Source: Gammaproteobacteria bacterium
GTDB lineage: Bacteria > Pseudomonadota > Gammaproteobacteria > Steroidobacterales > Rariloculaceae
Direction: 5' to 3'
Assembly: GCA_035548835.1 (NCBI GenBank)
Contig: DASZSB010000168.1
Coordinates: 21,192-85,191, forward strand
Length of the DNA stretch: 64,000 bases
In this document: positions 1 to 8,837 of the stretch, piece after piece
Numbering within the stretch: the first letter of the stretch is position 1
Layout of the letters: each line of letters starts with the position of its first letter
The notes under the pieces: model-generated
The model's input: the letters and a program-made list of their open reading frames with translations, nothing else
What the model was told of the DNA's origin: nothing
Databases searched by the model: none
Translations under genes and position numbers: made by a program

Positions 1-382
1 CGAGTACCGCATCATGCCGACGGACGGCCGCAAGCACGACAAGCAGCAGGCCCAGCAGACCAAGTACATGGGCTACACGGTCGGTCACTGGGAAGGCGAC
101 ACGCTCGTGCTGGATTCGATCGCGTTCAACGACTTCACGTGGCTCGCGCGCGGGGGCTTCTTCCACTCCGACGAGATGCGCGTGGTCGAGCGCTTCACCC
201 GCAAGGGCAACGAGATCCTGTACGAGGTCACGGTCGAGGATCCGCAGGTGCTCGTGAAGCCCTGGGTAATGACGCCGCGGATCCTGCGCCAGGCCACGTT
301 CCCCGACGCGGGCCTGTTGCCCGAGCGCGGCAACTGCGAGACCTACGAGACCGAGGACGTCGTCACGCAGATCCGTCACTAG
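1..382 (+). CDS. 3' part of a gene for a secreted protein of an uncharacterised family (here 'family A', GxWxGD/N-TLVV domain); the 5' end is outside the window
   Basis: The frame of ORF 14..382 stays open back to the window edge (codons 2..13 = EYRI, no stop). 'YRIMPTDGRKH...GYTVGHWEGDTLVLDS...MRVVERF' aligns with 'TRVIPLDGRPH...GDARGHWEGNTLVVET...LKLIERF' of 28040..29077. Confidence 0.8.
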   Translation, partial: EYRIMPTDGRKHDKQQAQQTKYMGYTVGHWEGDTLVLDSIAFNDFTWLARGGFFHSDEMRVVERFTRKGNEILYEVTVEDPQVLVKPWVMTPRILRQATFPDAGLLPERGNCETYETEDVVTQIRH

Positions 383-401
383 CCGGGGCGTACCGACCAC
401 G

Positions 402-442
402 AAACGCTGGCGCAGGTCCGGAAGACCTGCGTCAGCGTTTTT
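402..442. terminator. Intrinsic terminator hairpin between convergent genes
   Basis: AAACGCTGGCGCAGGTC (402-418) / loop CGGAA / GACCTGCGTCAGCGTTT (424-440) gives a 16-17 bp stem with one G-T pair, followed by a T run (438-442). The 3' arm overlaps the stop codon of the minus-strand gene 432..980. Confidence 0.6.
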
Positions 443-980
443 GCATTCGCTGCAGGAACACCTTGATGTAGGCAGGCTCCGGTGCCTGGTAGCCGGCCAC
501 CATCAGGAACACCGGCTCGAAGCTGCCCGGGTGCCGGGCCAGGAACGCCTTGATCCGGGGCTCGAACGTATCCATGAGAGCGCGATGCTCGTCCAGGCGG
601 GTCCCGCCCTCGTGTGCCATGGCGAGTCGGCACGACCTCGACCGGCATTCGACCGTCATCGCCCCGATTTCGGGCAGGGACTCACGCACGAATCGGGTCA
701 GCGTGGCGGTCCACACCCTGGACCAGGCCGGATCGGGGGGCTCGCCGTCGAACAGCCGATCGACGCGCAGGCGGTCGTGGACCATCGTCGACAGCGACAT
801 GTTCGTGACTTCCTCGCGTTGCTCGCGCGTCAGCTCGCTCGCGCCGACGTAGCGCATGACCATGTGGCCGTCGGTGTCCATGGCGACCCAGTCGCGCTCG
901 TCCTGGGCGAGCGCGAGCGGTGCGCCAATTCCCGTCGCGAGGGTGAGCGAAATGGCCAGGGCCAGCACTGCGAGACTCAT
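432..980 (-). CDS. Hypothetical secreted protein
   Basis: 182-aa ORF with a signal-like N-terminus MSLAVLALAISLTLATGIGAPLALA/QD and GC3-rich codons. I recognise no domain. Confidence 0.6.
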   Translation of the reverse strand: MSLAVLALAISLTLATGIGAPLALAQDERDWVAMDTDGHMVMRYVGASELTREQREEVTNMSLSTMVHDRLRVDRLFDGEPPDPAWSRVWTATLTRFVRESLPEIGAMTVECRSRSCRLAMAHEGGTRLDEHRALMDTFEPRIKAFLARHPGSFEPVFLMVAGYQAPEPAYIKVFLQRMQKR

Positions 981-1277
981 CGGGGTGGGTTCGGTCCGGT
1001 CGTGGTTCCGGCCCGCGATTGTGCGGCGTCACGCGGCTTGGTGCGAGAGCCGAGCCGGCGAGGCCGGGCTCGTGGCGGCCGCGGCGCACTTCGAGCCGCT
1101 GCTTCGCCGCTGCGAAACTCTGGCGAGCGACCGCGGCATGGGCCCTCTCGGCGGAGCCCTGCATGGCGAAGACGTGAATGGGTGGGCACGGCAGAATCAC
1201 CTATACTCTTCGCGCGCAGTTCCGACTGTAACGAGGTGCGACGAACTGCAACGCATGGCGAAAAGGGGGGGCTCTGC

Positions 1278-1724
1278 ATGCGCCGATCACTTGTGATTAG
1301 TCTGGCTGCGCTGTTGTCGTTGTCCGGCGTTCAGGGCTTCGCCCAGCGCCCCGAAGGGTTCAAGGCGCGGCTCGAGTGGGTCCCGATCGGCGGAGCCGAG
1401 CGCAAGGACGTGGCCGGAGAGGGGTCGGTCGAGGCGAAGCTCGCCGGCACGACGCTCACGATTACCGGCGCATTCTCGGGCCTGCCGGCGAAGGTCACGG
1501 CGGCCAGGTTGCACGCAGGCGTCGCCAAGGGCGCGCGCGGCGCCGGCCTCGCGATCGCCGACCTCGGCGTCAGTGGCGCCGCGAGCGGGACCGTGTCGGG
1601 CGAGGTCCATCTGACGGCGGATCAGGTCGCAGCGCTGAAGGCCGGCCGCCTGTACGTGCAGATCTATTCCGAAAAGGGTGTGCTGCCCGATCACAGCACG
1701 CTGTGGGGCTGGCTGCTGCCCTGA
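1278..1724 (+). CDS. Secreted CHRD-domain-like protein
   Basis: ATG at 1278 is preceded by AAAAGGGGGGG (1261-1271). Signal peptide [22 protein letters not shown]. '[15 protein letters not shown]' and '[12 protein letters not shown]...GWL' resemble the CHRD pattern (AHIH.G..G ... YVNVHT...G.IRG). The 441..1724 extension in the ORF track is antisense to 432..980 and is rejected. Confidence 0.65.
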   Translation: MRRSLVISLAALLSLSGVQGFAQRPEGFKARLEWVPIGGAERKDVAGEGSVEAKLAGTTLTITGAFSGLPAKVTAARLHAGVAKGARGAGLAIADLGVSGAASGTVSGEVHLTADQVAALKAGRLYVQIYSEKGVLPDHSTLWGWLLP

Positions 1725-1767
1725 CAACTCCCAACGCAACCGATCAACCAACGCGAGGGCGCTGCGC

Positions 1768-3891
1768 TTGATTCAGAACAGTGTCGGCTGCCGGATCCTT
1801 GTCGTCGCCGCGGCCACCGTCCAGCTGGGGCTCGCGCCGTATTCGGCCAGTGCCTTTACGGCAGAGCAGGCGGCCGGCGGGCGCGCCACCTTCGAGCAGA
1901 ACTGCGCGCAGTGCCATGGGGTCACGCTTCGCCAGCTGCCGGGCGCCGTCCTCGCGGGACCTGAGTTCGCCGCCAAGTGGGGCGAGCGCAGCACGAGCGA
2001 GCTGCTCGCGCAGGTCGGCGCCACGATGCCGCCCGATCGGCCCGGTGCGCTGTCGCAGGGCGAGTACCTGGGTGTGATTGCGTACATCCTGCAGTCGAAT
2101 GGTGCGGCGGCGAACGCGCAGGCGCTGACGGCGGCCACGGCCGCGAGCATCGGCGCCGGGCTGAATCCGCAAGCCGCGCTCGCGGCGGCCGCACAGCCCG
2201 CGGCGGCCCCCGCGCGGCGGCAGGAGCCGACCGGCGTCGTGGTCCACGGCACCGTCAGAAACTTCGTGCCGGTCACGGATGCGATGCTGCGCAATCCGTC
2301 CGACAAGGACTGGCTCATGCTGCGCCACGACTACAGCGCGACGAGCTACAGCCCGCTCAGGCAGATCACGGCGGAGAACGCGAAGCTGTTGCAGCTCGCA
2401 TGGATCTGGCCCATGCACGAGGGCGGCACGAATCAGCCCGCGCCGCTCGTCTACAACGGCACGCTGTACCTCGCCAACACGGGCGGCATCATCCAGGCGC
2501 TCGATGCCCGCACCGGCAATCTGATCTGGGAGCACCACGTCGGTGCCGACATCGCCCCGCGCGGCATCGTGCTGTACGGCAACAAGCTGATCTTCCAGAG
2601 CGCCGAGGAGTGGGCCCTGCGTCCGCAGGAGGCGCGGCTGATCGCGCTCGATGCGGCGAACGGCGAAACGGTCTGGAACGTCAAGATGCCGGACGTGTAC
2701 GCCACGAACAGTGGCCCGCTCGTGGCCAACGGTCTGCTGATCCAGGGCATGGGGACCTGCACCGTCTACGAGAACAACAAGTGCTTCATCAGCGCGTACG
2801 ATCCGCAGACGGGCGAGCAGAAGTGGCGGTTCCGCACGGTCGCGCTGAGCGGTGAACCGGGCGGCGACAGCTGGGGCGATCTGCCGGATCTGTACCGCGC
2901 GGGCGCGGAATCGTGGATCACGGGCAGCTTCGACCCGGAGCTCGGCCTCACCTACTGGGGCACCACGCAGGCGAAGCCCTGGATGCCGGCCAGTCGCGGC
3001 ATGAAGGGCACGGACGTCGCTCTCTACTCGAGCTCCACGCTCGCGCTCGATGCCGCCACGGGCAAGCTCGCGTGGTACTACTCGCACGCGCCGGGCGAGG
3101 CATTCGATCTCGACGTGGTCTTCGAGCGCGTGCTGATCGACGGTCCCGGCCGCGACAAATGGGTGCTGTCCGTCGGCAAGGACGGCATCCTGTGGAAGCA
3201 CGACCGCAGGAGCGGTGCCTATCTCGATCACGTCGAGACCGTGTTTCAGAACGTGTGGGCCAGCTTCGATCGCGAGAAGGGCACGCCGCGCTACCGCGAC
3301 GACATCCTGGCGGCGAAGGTCGGCGAGTGGGTGGATTCCTGTCCCAGCACTGCCGGCGGCAAGAACTGGCACCCGATGAGCTTTCACCGCCCGACCCGCC
3401 AGGTCATCATTCCGCTGTCGCAGACCTGCATGTCGCTGCGTGCGCAGGCCATCGAGCAGAAGCCCGGTGGCGGCAGCGGCGGTGGCGCGGATCGGCGTTA
3501 CTACGCAATGCCGGGCACGAACGGCAACGTCGGCAAGCTCGGAGCGTTCGACGTCGATACGTTCAAGGAGACGTGGTCCCTGCAGCAGCGCGCGGCCTTC
3601 CTGACCGGCGTGCTGTCGACGGCGGGCAACGTCGCGTTCGTCGGCGATCTCGACCGCAGCTTCAAGGCCGTCGATGTCCGCAGCGGCAAGGTCGTGTGGG
3701 AGACGCGCCTGGCGACCTCGGTGCAGGGTTTTCCGATCACGTTCGAGGTCGATGGGCGGCAGTACGTTGCCGTCGGCACGGGCCTGGGCGGCGGCAGCCC
3801 GCGCGGCGTGCCGTCGCTGGTCGAGCCCGAGATCCAGCCGCCGACGCGCGGTCACGCGCTGTACGTGTTCGCGTTGCCGAAATCCGAGTGA
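1768..3891 (+). CDS. Periplasmic quinohaemoprotein-type dehydrogenase: N-terminal cytochrome c domain + PQQ beta-propeller (copy 1)
   Basis: CAQCH haem motif at 1903-1917. PQQ-dehydrogenase blocks: [124 protein letters not shown]. About 60% identical by eye to 45295..47343. The start is uncertain: TTG at 1768 gives a signal-like [28 protein letters not shown], whereas the ORF-track ATG at 1678 overlaps the upstream gene. Confidence 0.85.
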   Translation: MIQNSVGCRILVVAAATVQLGLAPYSASAFTAEQAAGGRATFEQNCAQCHGVTLRQLPGAVLAGPEFAAKWGERSTSELLAQVGATMPPDRPGALSQGEYLGVIAYILQSNGAAANAQALTAATAASIGAGLNPQAALAAAAQPAAAPARRQEPTGVVVHGTVRNFVPVTDAMLRNPSDKDWLMLRHDYSATSYSPLRQITAENAKLLQLAWIWPMHEGGTNQPAPLVYNGTLYLANTGGIIQALDARTGNLIWEHHVGADIAPRGIVLYGNKLIFQSAEEWALRPQEARLIALDAANGETVWNVKMPDVYATNSGPLVANGLLIQGMGTCTVYENNKCFISAYDPQTGEQKWRFRTVALSGEPGGDSWGDLPDLYRAGAESWITGSFDPELGLTYWGTTQAKPWMPASRGMKGTDVALYSSSTLALDAATGKLAWYYSHAPGEAFDLDVVFERVLIDGPGRDKWVLSVGKDGILWKHDRRSGAYLDHVETVFQNVWASFDREKGTPRYRDDILAAKVGEWVDSCPSTAGGKNWHPMSFHRPTRQVIIPLSQTCMSLRAQAIEQKPGGGSGGGADRRYYAMPGTNGNVGKLGAFDVDTFKETWSLQQRAAFLTGVLSTAGNVAFVGDLDRSFKAVDVRSGKVVWETRLATSVQGFPITFEVDGRQYVAVGTGLGGGSPRGVPSLVEPEIQPPTRGHALYVFALPKSE

Positions 3892-3910
3892 CCTGCGCCC
3901 AGGCTCACCG

Positions 3911-4402
3911 ATGACGACGGCAGCCACGCTCGGTCCGGAGCACCTGGCATTTGTCCGCGGCGGCGTGTCGATCATCGTCGCGGCGCGCGACGGGCAGAAC
4001 GAGACCACCGTGTCGCGCGCGGTCGGCTGCCGCGTCGCAGACGACGGGCGGCGCATTACGGTGTTCCTGTCGGCGGCTCAGTCCGGCGTGCTGCTCGCGG
4101 ACGTGCGCGCGAACGGCGTCATCGCGGTCGTGTTCAGTCAGCCGACGAGCCACCGCGCGATGCAGCTCAAGGGCACGGATGCCGTCATCGCGCCCATCGA
4201 GGCCGGGGATCCTCACCTGCTCGCGGAGTACCGGCAGCGCATGGCCGCGGAGGTGGCGCCACTCGGTTACTCGGAAGCGTTCGTGCGCGCGTTTCTGCAG
4301 GCGTCGCCCGGCGATCTCGTGGCCGTTGCGTTCACGCCGTCGGCCGCGTTCGTGCAGACGCCCGGGCCGAATGCCGGCGCGCGCCTGGAGGCGCGATCGT
4401 GA
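3911..4402 (+). CDS. Pyridoxamine 5'-phosphate oxidase-like (split-barrel flavin/haem-binding fold) protein
   Basis: ATG at 3911, 19 nt after the PQQ gene stop. 163 aa with 'GGVSIIVAARDG...ITVFL...GVIAVVFSQPTSHRAMQLKG', typical of PNPOx-like families. Its stop overlaps the next start (GTGA at 4399-4402). Confidence 0.7.
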   Translation: MTTAATLGPEHLAFVRGGVSIIVAARDGQNETTVSRAVGCRVADDGRRITVFLSAAQSGVLLADVRANGVIAVVFSQPTSHRAMQLKGTDAVIAPIEAGDPHLLAEYRQRMAAEVAPLGYSEAFVRAFLQASPGDLVAVAFTPSAAFVQTPGPNAGARLEARS

Positions 4403-5748
4403 CCCTGACCGTCGACGCGATCCGCGAATGCCTGGAGGGCGCCATTCCGGCCGTCATCGCGACGTGCGCGAGCGACGGCACGCCGAACGTCTCGCACCTC
4501 TCGCAGGTCCAGTACGTCGACAGCGAGCACGTCGCGCTGTCGTATCAGTTCTTCAACAAGACGCGGCAGAACGTGCTGGCGGATCCGCGCGCGACGGTGC
4601 TCGTGGCCCATCCCGCGACAGCCGCGCGGTATCGCATGCGTCTGCGTTACCTGCGCACCGAAACGTCCGGACCGCTGTTCGAGAACATGAAGGCGAAGCT
4701 CGCCGGCATTGCGTCGCATACCGGCATGTCGGGTGTGTTCCGCCTGCTCGGCGCCGATGTCTACCGGGTGCTCGACGTGGAGACGGTTCCCGGCGACACG
4801 CTGCCGCCCGAGCCGCCGCGGCGCAACATGCTGTCGGCGCTGCGGGCGTGCGCGGAGGCGATGCGCGGCGCCCGCGGACTCGACGAGCTGCTCGACCGGA
4901 CGCTCGAGGTGCTGGACGTGCAGTTCCGGATCCCCCACAGCATGGCGCTGCTGCTCGATGCGGGCGGCAGGCTCTACACCGTCGCGAGCCGCGGCTACGA
5001 CGCCTCGGGCGTCGGCTCGGAGATACCGCTGGGACAGGGCGTGATCGGCGTGGCCGCGCGGGAGCGCACGCCGATCCGCATTGGTCACATGACGGCGGAG
5101 TACACCTACAGCCGGGCGATCCGGGCGAGCGCCACGCAGGGCGGAATGGCGGACATGCTCGAGACGGAGATCCCGCTGCCGGGTCTACCCGCGTCGCGCA
5201 GCCAGCTCGCGGTGCCGATCGTGGCGTTCGAACGCGTGCTCGGTGTGCTGTACGTCGAGAGCGAGCGGGACCTGCGGTTCAGCTACGACGACGAGGACGC
5301 GCTCGTGTCGGTCGCGGGCCAGCTGGGCGGCCTCATGCACGTGCTGCAGAGCGCGGCCGACGCCGAGGAGCTTCCGGCCGCGCCGACCGGTCCGGCGGAT
5401 GTCGGCGGCCCGCCCGTCACGATCCGTCACTACGCGGAGAACGACAGCGTCTTCCTCGACGACGACTACCTGATCAAGGGCGTGGCCGGTGCCATTTTCT
5501 GGGCGCTCGTGAACGACTGCGTGAACGAGAAACGCACGACCTTCAGCAATCGCGAGCTGCGTCTCGACCGCCGGATCCGCCTGCCAGACATCAGTGACAA
5601 CCTCGAGGCGCGCCTGATCCTGCTGCAGCGGCGGCTCGTGGAACGCAACGCGTGCGTGCAGATCGAGAAGACGGGGCGCGGCCGGTTCCGCTTGCGCATG
5701 AACCGGCCGCTGAAGCTCGAGGACGTGCGGGCGGGAACGCCTCGCTGA
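4399..5748 (+). CDS. PNPOx-like domain + GAF domain sensor protein with an uncharacterised C-terminal domain
   Basis: GTG start overlaps the upstream stop. N-terminus 'IPAVIATCASDGTPNVSHLSQVQYVDSEHVALSYQFFNKTRQNV' is PNPOx-like. The middle 'LDELLDRTLEVLDVQFRIPHSMALLLD..GRLYTVASRGY...PLGQGVIGVAARERTPIRI' is GAF. About 110 C-terminal residues are unassigned. Confidence 0.75.
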   Translation: MTLTVDAIRECLEGAIPAVIATCASDGTPNVSHLSQVQYVDSEHVALSYQFFNKTRQNVLADPRATVLVAHPATAARYRMRLRYLRTETSGPLFENMKAKLAGIASHTGMSGVFRLLGADVYRVLDVETVPGDTLPPEPPRRNMLSALRACAEAMRGARGLDELLDRTLEVLDVQFRIPHSMALLLDAGGRLYTVASRGYDASGVGSEIPLGQGVIGVAARERTPIRIGHMTAEYTYSRAIRASATQGGMADMLETEIPLPGLPASRSQLAVPIVAFERVLGVLYVESERDLRFSYDDEDALVSVAGQLGGLMHVLQSAADAEELPAAPTGPADVGGPPVTIRHYAENDSVFLDDDYLIKGVAGAIFWALVNDCVNEKRTTFSNRELRLDRRIRLPDISDNLEARLILLQRRLVERNACVQIEKTGRGRFRLRMNRPLKLEDVRAGTPR

Positions 5749-5751
5749 CGC

Positions 5752-6465
5752 TCAGGCGGCCAGCGCCGCGGGCAACGCCAGGGCGGCGGCGAGCTTGTTC
5801 CAGTCGCGCGGGCTCAGGTTGCCGCGCGCGATCGCGAGAGCTCCCTCGAACACCGCCTGCGGCGCGCCGTGGCGCATGCCCTGAAGCCACTCGACGCGCT
5901 CGGTGTGGTTGAGTCCGATCATGAACCAGCGTGCCGCGACCGCCATGGCGGCGGGCGGGACCGAGGCCACGATCGCGGCTTCGACGCGCTTCAGCTCCTC
6001 ATCCGTGTACTGCGCCCAGAGAACGGCCGTGTTGTCGCGCTCCTCGACTTCCATGTGCTCGAGGTTTTCCGCGACGAACACCGCGAGCTTGCGATACAGC
6101 GTCAGCGCCACGGGCGCGCGTTCGGGCGCCGGCGTCGAGGCTAGGCTCTCGATCAGCATCTTCAGTTCGCCGAGCGCGCACTCGTGCTCGACGTGGTCGT
6201 GCGTCGTGCGTGCCGCCGAGCCGGGCCGGCGTGCCTCCATGGCGACGTGGACGAAGCGGTTCTCGTCCTCGAGGTGGATCGTGAGGATCGCGAGCAGGCT
6301 GCGCGCCTGCTCGAGCGTCACGGTGACGTCGCCGTCATCGTTCGTGTCCATGCGCCCGACGGCGATCAGCGTGTCGCTCATGAAGGCGCGCAGCGCCTTG
6401 TGAATGGGTCGATAGGGCTCGAAACGCGGGGTAAGGACGGGTCCCGGGGCGGTGGCGAGTGACAT
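5752..6465 (-). CDS. Hemerythrin-like (HHE cation-binding) domain protein
   Basis: 237 aa carrying His/Glu ligand patterns in helical context: HKALRAFM, HLEDENRFVH, HDHVEHE, ENLEHMEVEE. Confidence 0.75.
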   Translation of the reverse strand: MSLATAPGPVLTPRFEPYRPIHKALRAFMSDTLIAVGRMDTNDDGDVTVTLEQARSLLAILTIHLEDENRFVHVAMEARRPGSAARTTHDHVEHECALGELKMLIESLASTPAPERAPVALTLYRKLAVFVAENLEHMEVEERDNTAVLWAQYTDEELKRVEAAIVASVPPAAMAVAARWFMIGLNHTERVEWLQGMRHGAPQAVFEGALAIARGNLSPRDWNKLAAALALPAALAA

Positions 6466-6590
6466 GGCGTTCTCCTGTCGAGTGAGTGGGTTGCGACAGG
6501 GGCCAGTCTAGGAACGTGCGCCTCGCACCGTTCGTAAAAACTCCTTCAGGCGATACTAAGAATTTCCTAACGGCCGCGGCGCAGCAGCGG

Positions 6591-7712
6591 TCAGGAGCGG
6601 CGGGCCTTCTTCGGCACGAAAGCGAGGAACCGCCGCGGATTGTCGACCGTGATGCGGTGCAGCGTGGCGTCGTCGAGCCCCGCGGCCTTGAGCTGCGGCA
6701 CGAACGCCGTCAGCGGTCGGCCGTACGCGCGCGACGCGTCGCCGGAGATCAGCACGTGGTCGGCGAAGCCGGCTTCCACGAGCGCGAGCACGAGCGGCAC
6801 CACGGCCGCATCGCCGCGGCCGCCCTGGCGGTCGAAGCCGACGTACGCGCCGCGCCGGCACAGCGTCTTGTGCACGTAGACGTTCGGATCGTTCAGGTTG
6901 CCGAGGTGGCCGATCGCGACGCGGCGCGGATCGACGCCGGCGTCCTCGAAGATGTCCAGCTGCTCGATGGCCGATTTTCCGGGAATGCCGGTGTGCGTGA
7001 AGATCGACAGGTTCGTCGCGAGGTGCGCCTTGCCGACCGCACGGAACACCTTGCGCTCGACTTTCGAGATCTCGTCCCAGGAGCCGATCTCGCCGAACAC
7101 GCCGGCGGGGTAGGTATCGACCTGGCGCAGCAGCGCGCGCACGAGTTGCTCCTCGCTCATGCCCGCGATCTCCTTCGGATAGAAGGGCTCGACGTAGAAG
7201 CCTGCGCCCTTGACGACCGGCAGGCCGGATCGCCGCGCAACCGTCCGGACGAACTCGAGGTCCATGCCCGAGCCCTCGAGCCCCGCGTCGACGAGGCAGG
7301 CTACACCTTCGCGCTGCGCAGTGCGCAGCTCCTCGACCATGAGGTCCACGCTGCGCATCGGGTCCGCGGCCGGTGGGGGCGGCGGCGCGGCGGCCTGCGC
7401 GGTCGGCAGCCCCTGCGCCGCGAGCACGGCGGCCGATGCCGCACGGAAGCGCTCGCCGAAGTCCGCGCCGAGCGACAGGTGCTCGTGGAACAGCGTGGCA
7501 CCGCCCGCGAGCTCTTCCGGTGCGTAGTCCCTGAACAGCGTGCGGATCACGGCGCCCTTCGGGAAGCTTGCCGTTTGCGCGGTTGCGGTCGAGCCGATTG
7601 CGATGGCGGCGATGCCGCTCCCCATGAGCCGCAATGCCTCGCGGCGATTCAGTGTCGTAGTCGTCACGGGAACCTCGTTCGTCGTGTTCTGGGTCCGTCC
7701 GGTGAGCATCAT
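6591..7712 (-). CDS. Phosphotriesterase-family (PTE/PHP, amidohydrolase superfamily) hydrolase with Tat signal
   Basis: Start ATGATG at 7712/7709. Tat motif 'NRREALRLMGSGIAAIAIGSTATA'. 'TLFHEHL' HxH metal motif; 'GEIG', 'IFTHTG', 'AIGHL' and 'LISGD' are typical PTE-family blocks. The start overlaps the upstream stop by 4 nt (ATGA). Confidence 0.85.
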   Translation of the reverse strand: MMLTGRTQNTTNEVPVTTTTLNRREALRLMGSGIAAIAIGSTATAQTASFPKGAVIRTLFRDYAPEELAGGATLFHEHLSLGADFGERFRAASAAVLAAQGLPTAQAAAPPPPPAADPMRSVDLMVEELRTAQREGVACLVDAGLEGSGMDLEFVRTVARRSGLPVVKGAGFYVEPFYPKEIAGMSEEQLVRALLRQVDTYPAGVFGEIGSWDEISKVERKVFRAVGKAHLATNLSIFTHTGIPGKSAIEQLDIFEDAGVDPRRVAIGHLGNLNDPNVYVHKTLCRRGAYVGFDRQGGRGDAAVVPLVLALVEAGFADHVLISGDASRAYGRPLTAFVPQLKAAGLDDATLHRITVDNPRRFLAFVPKKARRS

Positions 7713-8686
7713 TCCCAACCCGTCGGTGAGTTGTACGGAATGAAGATGCCGATGGCCTCGACCTCGTGGATCTGGCCGCCGGTGATCTTGAAGATGTGGG
7801 CCGCCGGCAGATCGTAGGGGTCCTTCTTCTCGGCCCACAAGACCTGCCTGCCGTCGGCCGTGATCATCGGCAGCGGGCCCTTGTTCATCGACTGGCGGAA
7901 GTGCGAGAGCCCCATGGCGAGCCCCTGCACGGGATCGACCGCGACGATGCGCCGGTGCTCGATCGTGTCGATGTACGCGAAGCGGCGCGAGCTCATCTGG
8001 CCGATGCAGTCGCGCGCGACCGGTGGCGGCGAGCGGCCCTGTAGGTCCACGCTGTCGAACGGTGCCGGCGGCAGACCGGGGCCCGCCGTGATCAGCATGT
8101 TCTCCTCGCGTTCGCAGTCGGCCGCGAACGGCGCCAGCTTGCCGTCGCTGTCGTCGAGCGCGTCGTAGTACGAGCCCGCGATGCGTGCGAGCTCCGCGCG
8201 CGGCATGCGCTCGCGCTCCGGCACCACGGCCACGAGGTGCGGACGCGGTGCCTCGAGTCGCTTCGGATCGGCGGCTGCCGGCACGTCGGCCACGATGTGC
8301 TCGGCCTCGGTGATCCTGCCGCCCTCGATCTTCAGTCGCACGGCGATCTGCGCTTTGACGATGCCGGTCGGGCCCCTGCGGTCGAGCAGCGTCATGACGC
8401 CGATGCTGCCCTGCACGGGGTCCGGGACATTGATGCGGAAGGCCGTCGCCTTGCCGGCCGCGGCGGCCCAGATGCCTTCGCCCGGTTTCAGGCGCTGCGT
8501 GTTCTCGACGAAGCGCACGTTGGCGGCGAGCGGCGCCCTGTCCGGGGCGTGTGCGGCGATGGCGGCGAGATAGGCGTCGGCGATGCCGATCAGGCAATCG
8601 CGATCGCAGGCCTCGGCCGCGTGCGCACCGGGCGCGTGGACGACCAGCCACGTGAGCGCGGCGGCGGCGAAAGCGGATTTGTACAT
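7709..8686 (-). CDS. Hypothetical secreted protein (uncharacterised family C; paralog of 37889..38755)
   Basis: ATG at 8686. Signal peptide MYKSAFAAAALTWLVVHAPGAHA. Mature N-terminus 'AEACDRDCLIGIADAYLAAIAAH' parallels 'APACTRAELKAATEAYVAAQTSG' of 37889..38755. The longer 7709..9133 ORF is rejected. Confidence 0.7.
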   Translation of the reverse strand: MYKSAFAAAALTWLVVHAPGAHAAEACDRDCLIGIADAYLAAIAAHAPDRAPLAANVRFVENTQRLKPGEGIWAAAAGKATAFRINVPDPVQGSIGVMTLLDRRGPTGIVKAQIAVRLKIEGGRITEAEHIVADVPAAADPKRLEAPRPHLVAVVPERERMPRAELARIAGSYYDALDDSDGKLAPFAADCEREENMLITAGPGLPPAPFDSVDLQGRSPPPVARDCIGQMSSRRFAYIDTIEHRRIVAVDPVQGLAMGLSHFRQSMNKGPLPMITADGRQVLWAEKKDPYDLPAAHIFKITGGQIHEVEAIGIFIPYNSPTGWE

Positions 8687-8837
8687 GACGATTCCCCGTG
8701 AACGCTGTCCGATTATCAGCACAACCTCGCGGCGATAGGAAGGCGCGCGGTCTGTGTGGCACGGGCATCGGTAGTAGTGGCGGTGCCGCTTGACCGCCGC
8801 CTTGCGCGCTACCCATGATCGGCGCGGGGGTGAGGCC

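Noticed and set aside
981-1277. Promoter call around CACCTATACTCTTC (TATACT -10-like hexamer) upstream of the CHRD gene.
   Set aside because: There is no convincing -35 element at 16-18 nt spacing, and several equally weak candidates exist in this divergent region. The support is too thin to list it as a feature.
1744-4056. Very long antisense ORFs opposite real genes: 1744..4056(-) 770 aa, 15322..17733(-) 803 aa, 23544..27029(-) 1161 aa, 45223..47502(-) 759 aa, 59171..63061(-) 1296 aa, 38792..40702(+) 636 aa.
   Set aside because: Their translations are low-complexity Arg/Ala/Gly/Pro-rich with no recognisable motifs, as expected for stop-poor antisense frames in GC-rich DNA. In each case the opposite strand encodes a protein with clear family signatures.
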